A DNA stretch of 48,604 nucleotides from Rhodospirillales bacterium (GCA_038143065.1 JAYQLI010000041.1:1-48604); one strand, 5' to 3'; numbered from the stretch's first letter, positions 35,475-45,498 are shown. Numbers and translations: made by a program. Notes: generated by a model not told the origin, from the sequence alone.

Positions 35475-35846
35475 TCATTGAGTTGGGACTGTAGGCTTTG
35501 TATTCCACTTTGTTTTGCAGTTTGCACGCATCTTTGCAGCAAGTTTAAAAACCAAAGACGCCTGATCACGTGACCGCGCACCGCTGATGATCTGACTGTT
35601 CTGCTTGGCCTCTGGTCCCACCAAGTGAGCGAGGACGATAGCAGCAATCAGTGCCGACTTACCGTTTTTCCTAGCCACCGACAGATAAGCACGGGACGTC
35701 CCTGCTGGGTTGTCGTAGACGTCGAGAACAAACTTATGTTGGAAGTCTAACAGCTTTATCGGTTGGCCAACTTTGCTACCTTCTGGGATCAGACAGTAGC
35801 GTTCTATGAACTGGCAAACCTTTTCTCCGCGAGTAGACATGAGCAC
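35475..35846 (-). pseudogene. terL: Terminase large subunit, N-terminal fragment only
   Basis: FIERYCLIPEG, LLDFQ, VARKNGKS; homology stops after ~108 aa. Confidence 0.88.
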
Positions 35847-35974
35847 CTAATTTGACTTTCCTGAGTTGGCCTCACTTTTTTGCCAACTGAGTGGTACATT
35901 TTCTGTACTGGTTTCATCAGTCTGCACAAATAGGCTGCTCATACTCGTACAGCCAGAATAAGGAGCAATAAACA

Positions 35975-36241
35975 ATGTATGCAACTTCAGCAGATTGGTC
36001 GTTTGACCAAGTAGCAGACTTTTCTGAAATGGGGCCAAAGATGGCTGCTAGCATGAAAGCAGCTGGTGCAGTTCATTGGCATTTTGTTGTTACTAGCGGA
36101 ACTACCGCTAGAAGCATGATGGTTTGGCCTGATAAAGAAACAGCGCACAAAGCAATCAAAATGTTCCGTGAAGACGCCCCAAACCAAAATGGCTCAAAAA
36201 TTACTTCTACATGCGAAGGTGAAATAGTCGCAGGATTTTAA
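35975..36241 (+). CDS. Small dimeric alpha+beta barrel-like protein
   Basis: AAGGAG RBS; RSMMVWPDKETA pattern. Confidence 0.7.
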   Translation: MYATSADWSFDQVADFSEMGPKMAASMKAAGAVHWHFVVTSGTTARSMMVWPDKETAHKAIKMFREDAPNQNGSKITSTCEGEIVAGF

Positions 36242-36587
36242 AAATGCCTAAGCGTTCAGAGGAACAGCGGATTGGCAGCGTCGTGATCTATTTTTGTATC
36301 GCGGTTACTGCTGCCATTTCGCTTTATGTGACATTCATAGCTGCCTAGCTTGATTGTACACAAAAGTATTTATTTGACGCGATTTGATACAATCCTACCT
36401 CGATTGTATGCAACAGTTTTTTTCACATAGTGACTACACGGACGCTTTGCTTAACATTGCCGCCAAACGCGGTGCAGCAGATCGTATCGCAGCTTACGAG
36501 TATTGTATGAAAAAAAGTGGTTATGTGGATTTGGCCGAGTAACAGATAAAGGCTTCCACAAGGTGACCGCGAATTTCTACAAAGATA

Positions 36588-37058
36588 CTACTGCGGCCTA
36601 GCAATTAAATCGTCTGCTCTGACCTTTGCAATCGCTGAACGTGCTTTCGTTTCTAGCTTTGCAAAGCCATTGAGTGTTCGGGGATCGGAAGCAGTCTGGT
36701 TGAGGGACATGCTGCGGATAACCGCAAGCTGCCTTCGTTCGAGTGTATCAATGACCGATAACAGCGGATTGGGGATTGGTGTCCCACGCTTGTTTTCGAC
36801 CATCATTCCGACTTCGTCTAACTCTGTTTGAGCAGTGCGAATGTCGGCTTCCATGCGTACTATTTTAGCCAGCAAGATCAGGTCCATGTCACGCCAATCT
36901 TCGCGTGCGCGGGCGCGTGAAAACTGGTGCCAGATTGTACGCTCTAAATCTGATCGCAGTTCGATCCCATCAGGGAGCGGCACATCAGACATCACACCTG
37001 CGAAACCTTGAACGGCTGCAGCGGTGCTGGATTTGTCTGTTCGACGTTTCTGAGACAT
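36588..37058 (-). CDS. terS: Terminase small subunit (P27-like)
   Basis: W...LILLA...GMMVENKRGTPIPNPLL; lies between the cos-like site and terL. Confidence 0.8.
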   Translation of the reverse strand: MSQKRRTDKSSTAAAVQGFAGVMSDVPLPDGIELRSDLERTIWHQFSRARAREDWRDMDLILLAKIVRMEADIRTAQTELDEVGMMVENKRGTPIPNPLLSVIDTLERRQLAVIRSMSLNQTASDPRTLNGFAKLETKARSAIAKVRADDLIARPQ

Positions 37059-37222
37059 GGATAGTTGTGTCCGATTTTTAATGTTGAAATATTGGGCAGA
37101 TATTGACGAAAACCGCACAAACTTAATGCAAAACCTTAAGTTAATCTATGCAAAGCAAATTTATTTTTGACTAAGCAGTAAAATGTAATCGACCATATAG
37201 AGGCCAACTAAAGGAGCTTACT

Positions 37223-37357
37223 ATGGCGTCTATAGCTTACAACAAAGACTTCATTGGGCCTGTCTGCCCTCCCGTGCACTTCACCACACCCCAAAAATGC
37301 CTGTTTGTGCAAGCTGTGCTTCATGACAGACTTTCAAAAATTAGACTTCCGTACTGA
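37223..37357 (+). CDS. 44-aa hypothetical protein
   Basis: AAGGAG RBS; open frame MASIAYNKDFIGP...LPY*. Confidence 0.5.
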   Translation: MASIAYNKDFIGPVCPPVHFTTPQKCLFVQAVLHDRLSKIRLPY

Positions 37358-37458
37358 ACTCATGAAAGTTTATTTGCAAACGTGGTGGAACTTAGCTTCA
37401 TGGAAACTGTGCTACTGTACGTCAGTTTAATGTTCTTCGACTACACAGCTAGCCCCGA

Positions 37459-37537
37459 AAAATCCGTAAACGCAGAAACAGATGAGAGTGGGCGCCGGTT
37501 TCTGTGTTAACGACTTTCGTCTTTGACCCACCCCCCC
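37459..37537 (-). other. cos-like packaging region
   Basis: gggggggtgggtcaaa...accggcgccc...tttctgcgtttacgg between the HNH remnant and terS, as in HK97-type cos phages. Confidence 0.6.
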
Positions 37538-37598
37538 ATTTCAAAACTTGGCATGGTATATGCAATTCTCCAATACCGCAGATAAAATGGTAATTGAT

Positions 37599-37787
37599 AT
37601 GGAACACAAAAAGGACGAAGCCAAATTAAGTTCATCAGATTTGACGACCGCGAATTATGTAAATGATCATCTCTTAGATCGCGTTCGCCATTTGCAAAAA
37701 ACTGAGCCAACATTGGTCAAACCAATATTTAACGAAGACGACAAAAAAGTCTTTGTTAAATTGAGCGCAATTGATTTGGTTTCTTGA
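37599..37787 (+). CDS. Small hypothetical protein
   Basis: Open frame converging on the HNH remnant. Confidence 0.5.
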   Translation: MEHKKDEAKLSSSDLTTANYVNDHLLDRVRHLQKTEPTLVKPIFNEDDKKVFVKLSAIDLVS

Positions 37788-37794
37788 ACACCAC

Positions 37795-37858
37795 TAAATT
37801 AAGCTGGGATGCTTTGGATCGATAGGCCAGCCATCGTTTCCAATTGTGCGACGTGTCG
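37795..37858 (-). pseudogene. C-terminal remnant of phage packaging HNH endonuclease
   Basis: TIGNDGWPIDPKHP, a typical HNH tail upstream of cos/terS. Confidence 0.65.
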
Positions 37859-38015
37859 TTGGTTTTTATGATTAAGTAATTTACTATCTATCTGTCAGCG
37901 ACGAAAACGCCCAACATCCCTGCAGTGCTACCATTTCCGTAAACCATAACCATTACGGTAGATAATATACGAAGCTTCATATGCAGCAAAATACCTAAAT
38001 TCTCAAACTGATACC

Positions 38016-38107
38016 AAGATGACCCAACTGCAGGCCATAATCAACAATCACATGTCCCTCGAGTGCCGCTGTGGGCATCGCAAACTCGTGTCTGCTAGAG
38101 AGTTGAT
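38016..38107 (+). repeat. Z-repeat copy 2
   Basis: MTQLQAIINNHMSLECRCGHRKLVSARELI. Confidence 0.92.
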
Positions 38108-38109
38108 AC

Positions 38110-38171
38110 GTAAGTTGCTTACCCGCAGCAACACCTGTCTTGATCGCCGCCAATGCTGTTAGCGGGTCCAT
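38110..38171 (-). pseudogene. 5' fragment of a phage-type late gene
   Basis: MDPLTALAAIKTGVAAGKQL, cut off at the Z-repeat. Confidence 0.55.
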
Positions 38172-38234
38172 TGGTCGCCTATTGATTGACACTGTTAAAT
38201 TAAGACTAAAAGTCTCGGCAACCCTCTTAAGGGT

Positions 38235-38287
38235 AAAAAACGGTTCTCACGACTTTTGGGAGGAGGTTGTGATTGAGCCGTTTTTTT
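38235..38287 (-). ncRNA. Candidate cuckoo-type sRNA hairpin/terminator
   Basis: Stem-loop with CCTCCTCCC in the loop and a U-tail. Confidence 0.5.
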
Positions 38288-38370
38288 ATTTTAGCCATGT
38301 GAAATCTGCATAACGGGTATGCAATATAGCACCTAGCTAAAATGCTGCAGTGCAGCTAAGTTAGTTCCGT

Positions 38371-38475
38371 ATGCAACACGAACCTCCCTTATCATTGTGT
38401 TGCCAGCGTAGAAAACACTCCTCCTGTGTTGGCACTACGCTCCAAGAAAGCCTCCGACGACGCGGGGGTTTTTTT
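38371..38475 (+). ncRNA. Candidate cuckoo/anti-SD sRNA
   Basis: Two hairpins with ACCTCCC and TCCTCCT loops, then an intrinsic terminator. Confidence 0.65.
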
Positions 38476-38479
38476 GTTT

Positions 38480-38522
38480 TTAGGGCATCCGTTGCAGCAC
38501 CATCACAAGCATTGCAATGATC
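38480..38522 (-). repeat. RMP* repeat copy 1 (3' end of gene 39457-39651)
   Basis: Encodes IIAMLVMVLQRMP*. Confidence 0.85.
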
Positions 38523-38572
38523 TAAAAACTTTTTCTGACCGTAATTAATATAGACGACGCGTTAACTGGGGA

Positions 38573-38788
38573 ATGCTCATGTTTATGAAAAACGCTACCG
38601 CGCGGGACTGGATACTCCGCTACATTGAAATGCGTCACGATTTAAACGATCCAAAAGAAGTCCTACGTCTTGCACAATCTGCCGACTATTTAGACCAAAA
38701 TGCCAACGTTACTGATACTGGCAAATTGCTTTTCGAATTTGGTAAATTTGATGGTATGCACAAAGCTAGTAAGCACGAAGCAGCATAA
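38573..38788 (+). CDS. Small hypothetical protein (cassette)
   Basis: 71-aa ORF between two RMP* repeats. Confidence 0.65.
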   Translation: MLMFMKNATARDWILRYIEMRHDLNDPKEVLRLAQSADYLDQNANVTDTGKLLFEFGKFDGMHKASKHEAA

Positions 38789-38790
38789 CG

Positions 38791-38814
38791 TTAGGGCATC
38801 CGCGTTAGCACCAT
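38791..38814 (-). repeat. RMP* repeat copy 2
   Basis: Encodes MVLTRMP*. Confidence 0.8.
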
Positions 38815-38844
38815 TCTGTGTCGTTTTTCGAGGTCAATTTGCTG

Positions 38845-39435
38845 ATGCATAAATTGAAGCATCTTCTACTCATAATTTCGTTGGTTTGGAGTTCAGCAGT
38901 ATTGGCACTGGAAGAACCAAAGTATTCAATCGTAAAGCAGACAGATGATTATGAAATACGTAAGTATGGTGATCGACTGGCGGTAGAAACGATAGAAGGC
39001 AGTGGCGAAGACAGAGCGTTTTCTCTGCTGTTTAAGTATATCTCAGGGGCTAACAAAATTAACACCAAAGTCGATATGACTACCCCAGTCACGCAGTCCA
39101 CCAAGGTTGAAATGACCACACCAGTCGCCCAAGAAGATGTAAATGGCAAACGCGTGATGCGCTTCTTTCTGCCCTCCAAATTTACAATTGAAAGTGCTCC
39201 ACGTCCAACTTCAGATGCTGTAAGACTTGTAATTGTAAAAGGTCAAACATATGCGGTCGCGAAGTATTCAGGAAGGTCAAGTGATCAAAACTTTGTTCGT
39301 AACGCTCGCAAACTGATTGATGGGTTAGAGCGAGATGGATTGCAGGCAATCGGCGAACCCATCAAAGCGACTTTCAATGGACCACTAACACCATTTTTTC
39401 TGCGTCGAAACGAAGTAATGATACCTGTCAGATAA
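38845..39435 (+). CDS. SOUL family heme-binding protein
   Basis: EEPKY...YEIRKY, LFKYISGAN, MTTPV, MRFFLP, RRNEV; signal peptide. Confidence 0.92.
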   Translation: MHKLKHLLLIISLVWSSAVLALEEPKYSIVKQTDDYEIRKYGDRLAVETIEGSGEDRAFSLLFKYISGANKINTKVDMTTPVTQSTKVEMTTPVAQEDVNGKRVMRFFLPSKFTIESAPRPTSDAVRLVIVKGQTYAVAKYSGRSSDQNFVRNARKLIDGLERDGLQAIGEPIKATFNGPLTPFFLRRNEVMIPVR

Positions 39436-39456
39436 AGATAATCTAAGTCTCAGCAA

Positions 39457-39651
39457 TTAAGGCATCCGTGTTAGTACCGTTACAAGCATCGCAATGATTG
39501 AAGCTGATGCACCGATCATGATGGCCTCAAGGCGTTTTACGCGGGCAAAGACTTTTTTGAAATGGATGTTAACTGAGGTTTTGATCGCTGCTATCTGAAT
39601 TGTCATTTCGTGAATGCAGTCGTGTGTGGATACAACTGTTCAGTTGTCCAT
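39457..39651 (-). pseudogene. Phage coiled-coil plus TM (XhlA/hemolysin-like) gene with TGA at codon 4; RMP* copy 3
   Basis: MDN*TV...RVKRLEAIMIGASASIIAMLVTVLTRMP*. Confidence 0.65.
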
Positions 39652-39809
39652 ATTGATTCCCTCTAAATATTTAGAATTTCGGTCGTTAAAGTTAATACGA
39701 AGACAATGTTCATATGCTCCCTAAAACCTAACCCTGCTGCGAAAACGGTGGGGTTATCTTTTGTGATTTGGCTCGGCCTGCCTGACTGCGACTGCGCCGC
39801 TAATGGCTA
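39545..39809. repeat. ~265-bp block copy 2
   Basis: Aligns with 30362-30626. Confidence 0.93.
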
Positions 39810-41479
39810 GACGCTATGTATTTTAGGGCCTTGATAACAGGTCAATATCAAACCTCTTGGTATTTTGAGTGGCTAATAAATTCATCTTGTAGGTCGTTTA
39901 CTAAGGTATGGTGCGGCGAAAGCCGCCCTATATTTGCCTTTGGGTGGGTTGTTCGCTTATCCCCTACAGTCCACCCATCGGCATACTGTTATTGCGCCAA
40001 AGCAAATCCATTAATCTCATTATTTAACTATTCTGTTTGAAAGAGGATTTTTGTGCGACTATTAAAATTACTCCGCACCCTCGGCTATTTGTGTATCTGT
40101 TGCTACGTGAACACATGTTTTATTCTATAAATAATCAAGACAAGATTTCAGCTGCAACTTTGGTTAACGTAAATAAAAAATAAAAATAATTGAGGCAGTA
40201 CTATGACTTATGTAACGCAGAAATTGCGGGCTATAAATCTATTTGATCCATCTCAAGCGCAAAGATTGACTGATCCAAAACTTCAACGTTTTGCCTTGGC
40301 GCTAATTATATTGTTTCAGAGTTACCGATATTAGTTTGGTACGTTGCAACACGCTTTTAGAAATTTTCGCAAAACTAACTCTTCTTATTCTTAGGGTTTC
40401 TAGCTAAAAGTTTTGCCTATGCGGAGAAAACGAGATTGGATACTGGTTTGTGTCCGCTAGGCCTTAGCTATTGACTGACCCCGTGTATCATGTATCGATA
40501 TGAGACTTACCAGTGCTGTGTCTGGGGGGACATTTGATGCTGACTAAAAATAAATTTGAACAACGGAAAATAACGTTCACTGAGTTTAGTGAGAGTTGTC
40601 GATCAAAATTTGCGGCAAAAATTTCTAGCAAGCGCGATCATGAAGGCAATCCTTTGCTTGATGATCTAAAAGTGAAGCAGCAACTCAAGTTGCATAAGGA
40701 TGCCTTGGATAAGGTAGGCGAACTATAAGCTCCAATGGTACTATCGTATCCAAGTGCTTCCACGCTCTCAATGTCATCACTGTGGCATAATTATTGCTGC
40801 AAGGTATTCCGCAAGTGGGGGAAAACAAATGACAAAAGAAAATGAGAATTTGATAGCAAGCGACAACCCGATCGCAAGCCTGTCCCATGACCAAAAAATT
40901 CAATTTACTTCTTCAAGGTATCTGGGTGACCTAAAGACGTCTCGACGAAATGCCACCGAAGCAGTCCGTACAAGTGAGTTTGACATCACTGAGAGAGATG
41001 TGAATACCAATATGTCCGATCGCTAGGTTGCCCCCCAGCCCTAAAATGCATCGTTTTATTTCATTTTTCTGAATTATTGCATTTCACAACGATGGTTAAT
41101 TTCTTTGACGTTGCCAAACGCGGCCAAGCCGTGCTTTTCTCCAAATATGGCTTTTGATGTTTCTAATACGACCAAAATTTTATCCGCAGCTTTGCAACGT
41201 GTTGCGAGGCTGGAGCCATCTTTGACGCGCGATGAAAAGGAAACACCAGCACAGACCGTCGCTAAGGAGTGACAGTCTCTCTCAGCAACGACGCCAAGAT
41301 GCACATAATGAAAGATACGCTGAAGTGACGCCAAAGCCTTTAGGATGATCGCCACCTGAAACGCTAACAGAAACATCAGCACGTTTTAGTGTCCTGACCA
41401 CTATTGAACATGTGAACGCAAAAAAATTTCATTTTTGCACTAAACAAATAAAAAAAAGTCGTTTTTGCTATTCGAGTGC

Positions 41480-41506
41480 TAAAACGCCTAGCTCTGATGC
41501 CGTTAA
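41480..41506 (+). promoter_or_regulatory. Sigma-28 (FliA) promoter
   Basis: TAAA-N15-GCCGTTAA (consensus TAAA-N15-GCCGATAA), ending 20 bp before the flagellin ATG. Confidence 0.75.
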
Positions 41507-41525
41507 GGTTATCGGAGGGTATTCT

Positions 41526-42359
41526 ATGGCGAACATTGGTGTTTCAAATTCCGTGTATCAAATCAACACTGCGTTGACGAAAACATCACAGGATGTCTCT
41601 CAAAATATGACACGCATTGCCGCTGGTAATAATTCAGCGGTCGCAAGCGATCAGGCGTCCATAACTGCAGTGAAAAATACTTTCTTAACTGATGTCGCAG
41701 CAACACAAAGTGCAATAAAGTCTATTGGGCTTGTAAAAGGATTTCTAGCAACGGCTATCGCAGCCGTTGATAATATCTCAAATCGTAATGCGAGAATGTT
41801 TGAATTGGCTATCATGGGGGCCAACGGCACTAATACCGCAACTGAAAGTGCTGCAATTGATGCCGAAGCAGAAGCACTAATTGACGATATGTTACTCTCA
41901 GCTGTTGAAGCCAATTACAAAGGTAAAACGATTTTTGACGGTGGTTACGATTTACACTTTTCTTTGGGCGGCCGTGGACAAAAATCGTCAGTTTATATTG
42001 GTACGATTAACGTAATGGAAATCGGCTTGTATCATTACGGAACACAAAATCTGATCGTGAAGCCCAGCGATGGCTTAGCAGATGCTGATGCAATGACTTC
42101 CATACTGGACGTATTTCAGGAAGAAATAAATAAACTGAGAACTGAACTTGCCTCTGGATATGCAGTCGTGGAACAAGCACAGAGTACACTTACTGATTTA
42201 AACACAGAGTATAAAATCAGTGTAGGTGCAGTGGATGACCTAAATTTCTCAGCAGAAGCCGCATTACTTGCTAAAAACCAATTTTTACAAGATGCGGCCA
42301 ATGCAATGCTCGCCCAAGCAAACCAAGCGCAAAGCGGCCTGATTGCACTTATTTCGTAA
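41526..42359 (+). CDS. fliC: Flagellin (short, divergent)
   Basis: RMFELAIMGANGT...YKGKTIFDG; C-terminal DLNFSAEAALLAKNQFLQDAANAMLAQANQ; GGAGG RBS. Confidence 0.88.
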   Translation: MANIGVSNSVYQINTALTKTSQDVSQNMTRIAAGNNSAVASDQASITAVKNTFLTDVAATQSAIKSIGLVKGFLATAIAAVDNISNRNARMFELAIMGANGTNTATESAAIDAEAEALIDDMLLSAVEANYKGKTIFDGGYDLHFSLGGRGQKSSVYIGTINVMEIGLYHYGTQNLIVKPSDGLADADAMTSILDVFQEEINKLRTELASGYAVVEQAQSTLTDLNTEYKISVGAVDDLNFSAEAALLAKNQFLQDAANAMLAQANQAQSGLIALIS

Positions 42360-42782
42360 TCCGATAACGAATTTTTAACGTGAAGCAGCGTTCAACCTAA
42401 TTCTAGACATAAGTGGTTTTAAGGCTGTGCGAAAAATGGTGAGAAGAACACCACCCAAATTTAACTTTTGAAGGATGCTCTATAGAGGCGGGTTGGTGAT
42501 GCACTCGCACAAATTGACCACGGTCGCGCAGCGCACGCGAGACCCTAACACAGACCGAATTGATCAAGTCGCGCACGCACGCGCGAGGCAGGTCAGAACA
42601 CAATAAAGCACAGTGTCGCGCGCGGGCGCGAGGGGAAAACAAGCTTTGGCGCTACAATGCGCGGGTGCGCGCGGGCGTTGCATTTTAGCATTGCACCGTC
42701 AACAAAAGGGTGGATACAAAGGTGGATCGAAATAACTAATAACAACTAATATATTGTTTTATATTATTTTTATTGGAAACAA

Positions 42783-42797
42783 TGGTGCCCCAGAGGG
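42783..42797 (-). repeat. att core (tRNA 3'-like), with arm-like GGTGGAT direct repeats at ~42709-42727
   Basis: tggtgccccagaggg is identical to 14753-14767. Confidence 0.8.
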
Positions 42798-43089
42798 TTA
42801 TGTTCCCTACAAAGGCATCGCATCAAAGCTAACACTCTGTTTTCATTACAACCATGCGTGTGCAGTTCATGTCAATACGGCACTAAATGGTCAGTAATCT
42901 CTTATCGTTACTAGTATAGGGAAGCACAGGAGTGTGGCTTCTTAAGTATTACTCTTAGAGTTAAGATGTTTTCTTCCACTACTTGTACAAACTTAAAACT
43001 TAGACACACCCCATGCAGGACCCAGTGTGGGTATGGGTGATAGAACGTACTTGCTGCAGCACATAGATAGGGTTCTCAGAGTGGAGAGC

Positions 43090-43555
43090 TTAATAAAACT
43101 TTGATCGACGCTCCAGACTCCTCTTAGAGTATATCTTATCCTTATCATAAAACTCATCGAATGATGGAATATCTGTACCAAGCTCAACAAGAAAAGCTTA
43201 CTCTTTTTGTGAAGATGTGCGCTAATGGCGGAAGCTTTCAGCGTTATCTAAAGTTGTTGTCTTAAAAACTATTATCTGGTCAGTGCCGATCGCTGCAAAG
43301 TGACTAAATACTTGATCGCCACATCTCTCACAACGCTGTATGGAGTGACCGCTGCCACTGCCAGATGGTCCCACTGTCGTCACCAGCTTACCTTTATCCA
43401 CCACAAAGTTGCTCGCTTCTATCAGTGAATGAACAACAAATGCGGATGCCGTGTAACGCTGGCAGAGCTTACAATGACATGCGTGTGGAACATCGGTTCA
43501 TCAGTAATGTGGTGTGAACATCGCCACAAGAGCAACCGCCTTCATGTCTTTCCAT
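43090..43555 (-). CDS. GFA/CENP-V family protein, frameshifted
   Basis: GGCSCGDV, ACHCKLCQR, RCERCG, HIFTK. Confidence 0.82.
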
Positions 43556-43587
43556 AGTGAACCTCACAACTTTTATGCTACCATCTC

Positions 43588-43678
43588 ACGATGACCCAAC
43601 TCCTTACCATAAGCAACAACCACATGTCTCTTGAGTGCCGCTGTGGGCATCGTAAACTGGTGTCAGTCAAAGAGTTGA
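43588..43678 (+). repeat. Z-repeat copy 3
   Basis: MTQLLTISNNHMSLECRCGHRKLVSVKEL. Confidence 0.92.
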
Positions 43679-43689
43679 ACAGTTGTTTC

Positions 43690-43749
43690 TTTGCTCTCCA
43701 GCCACGACGTAGCCAGTCCAGTCAAGCTGGGTAGTATTTGTCCGATCAT
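43690..43749 (-). pseudogene. 5' fragment of a phage holin-like gene
   Basis: MIGQILPSLTGLATSWLESK, cut off at the Z-repeat. Confidence 0.5.
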
Positions 43750-43835
43750 GCTGTGATCTTTCCATAATTTGGTGATTTGGAGATTTTGAATTGTCGTGCT
43801 AGCGTGATCGCAGCCAACACAAAGAGGAGCAACTT

Positions 43836-44170
43836 GTGTCCAATACTGCGCTGATGAACTACTCAACATGATTTTGCCAATAACGAAGACTTGAAGCTTT
43901 ATCTAGAGCGACAAGACGCGGCGTTTTCACCAGAAGTCACAAACTTTTTACAGACGCGGGTATGTTGCGCAGAGTTGTAACGCGGATTTGGAATAAACAA
44001 CACGCTTTTCGTGTTGGTATATTGTTCGAGTACGCGATCGGCGGCTTAAAGATTGTAAACCCCTCCTAGAACAATATTACCTTTCGGCCGTCGAGGGTCT
44101 TGCTACTAAAGTGGAGGGTTCCCGTGGAGTGGTTGTTCACGAATTTGTCTCAGATGAGTTTCAAGATTAA
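43836..44170 (+). CDS. Small dimeric alpha+beta barrel-like protein, frameshifted
   Basis: GAGGAG RBS plus GTG; RVVTRIWNK...GILFEY; SRGVVVHEF. Confidence 0.65.
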
Positions 44171-44177
44171 CAGCTAA

Positions 44178-44318
44178 CTATTTCTTAGCAGCCCCGCCAG
44201 AGAAGCCAAAGTAAGCACCAACCAGTGCCGATAGTGATCCATACATCATCATCAGCACAGCATCCGCTTCGGCCATTCTGGCGAGGTCTATTAACACAGC
44301 AATCGTAGAGACGATCAT
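44178..44318 (-). pseudogene. 3' part of a phage-type membrane (holin-like) gene
   Basis: MIVSTIAVLIDLARMAEADAVLMMMYGSLSALVGAYFGFSGGAAKK*. Confidence 0.55.
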
Positions 44319-44476
44319 TTAAGTGGCCCACAGGCGCTGCCCACCCGCCAGGCTACCCATTGTTACAAACTTAGCTAAGCCTACTGTGGACCACGTTAGA
44401 GAGTCTCTGTGGGTGTATTTATGGTTTGACTGGGAAGAGTTTGACAGAGGCCAGTATGTCCAGCCTCCGTTTTATT

Positions 44477-44608
44477 TTATGCAGCAGAAGACTTAGCTGC
44501 TTGCTTGGCTTCATAAGCCGCTTTCTTCTCTTGGTATTGCTCTTCTGTTAGGTTGTGCCAGCCAACGCATTTACCTGTTGGGCTACGCCCACATCCGCAA
44601 TCAGACAT
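44477..44608 (-). CDS. 43-aa CDGSH-like iron-sulfur miniprotein
   Basis: MSDCGCGRSPTGKCVGWHNL...; AAGGA RBS; too short for the ORF track. Confidence 0.7.
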   Translation of the reverse strand: MSDCGCGRSPTGKCVGWHNLTEEQYQEKKAAYEAKQAAKSSAA

Positions 44609-45267
44609 ATCAGTATCCTTCATGATTATGCCAGAGAGTTAGTCGGAAAATATTTCTATTCAATGGCTTGCACCGCACATTAACTGTGGAGCCTTGCACA
44701 TAATTTTGTGTCATGAAATTGAACGAATCCAGTAGTCAGAAATTAATAGAAGTTACAAGCAAAAGGCATCCACAAATTCTGTGGGTAAGTCGGTGGATAC
44801 ATCTTCAAATATCCATCAAAACCTAAGAAATATAGGATATAGGTTTCATTGCACAAATTTTAGGCATAAAAATAAGTATCTGAATTTATTAGTGATTATT
44901 TTTAAGAATAATACAACGAAAGCCCTTTTATAAAGGCGATTTAAATACAAAATGAATTATCAAAATTTGGTCAAACAAAGTTAAATGTCTAAATTACTTA
45001 CATTTTTGACCAATCTCGTTGCATAAACTGGCATATTCCTCAACTACCACTTTACCTGTGCGTAAATTGCTAAACCGTCAGAAAAATCAGACGTCAATTA
45101 AGCCCGTCAAAGTTAACTGATTGGTCATGACGTGACCCTTGACACCGCCAAATCTTGCTCTTGCGCATATGACAAGAAGCACGTGATGGTGGTTTGTCGC
45201 AATTAAGGGAAGCATTGTTTTTCGCCAGCCAACGGACGCTGGTGATTTGCCAATATTCAATTTCAAC

Positions 45268-45498
45268 TTAATCTCGTGACTTTTTACCTAAAACGGCACC
45301 CCAGGTCGTAACGCAAAACGGAACACAGTAGGTGAGTAAAACCTTTAAAAATGGTGGAAATTCACCTTTCGAAATGACATCCCCATGATTTATTATTGTT
45401 AAAAGTGTGCCCACGATACACGCAGTAAAAAATGCTTTTTTGGGTATGCCATCTGTCTTTGCCAGATTTATAAATTCACTGACACTAATGGTTGTCAT
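45268..45498 (-). CDS. nrtS: NrtS-family small membrane protein
   Basis: IVGTLLTIINHG...LTYCVPFCVTTWG. Confidence 0.72.
   Translation of the reverse strand: MTTISVSEFINLAKTDGIPKKAFFTACIVGTLLTIINHGDVISKGEFPPFLKVLLTYCVPFCVTTWGAVLGKKSRD

Larger units (their letters stand above)
14766..42797. mobile_element. Segment between two same-orientation att cores; satellite/prophage-derived island
   Basis: tggtgccccagaggg at 14753 and 42783; contains primase, helicase, terS, terL and cos remnants. Confidence 0.6.

Noticed and set aside
35475-39651. Intact prophage or gene transfer agent
   Set aside because: terL is a ~110-aa stub and there are no portal, capsid or tail genes
39816-41382. Short ORFs 39816-40040, 40513-40728, 40754-41026 and 41074-41382
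   Set aside because: No recognisable homology; some may be real or decayed cassettes but cannot be supported from sequence alone
44760-44830. DnaA-box-like atccaca/gtggata motifs as an origin
   Set aside because: No perfect TTATCCACA boxes and no adjacent rep or dnaA gene
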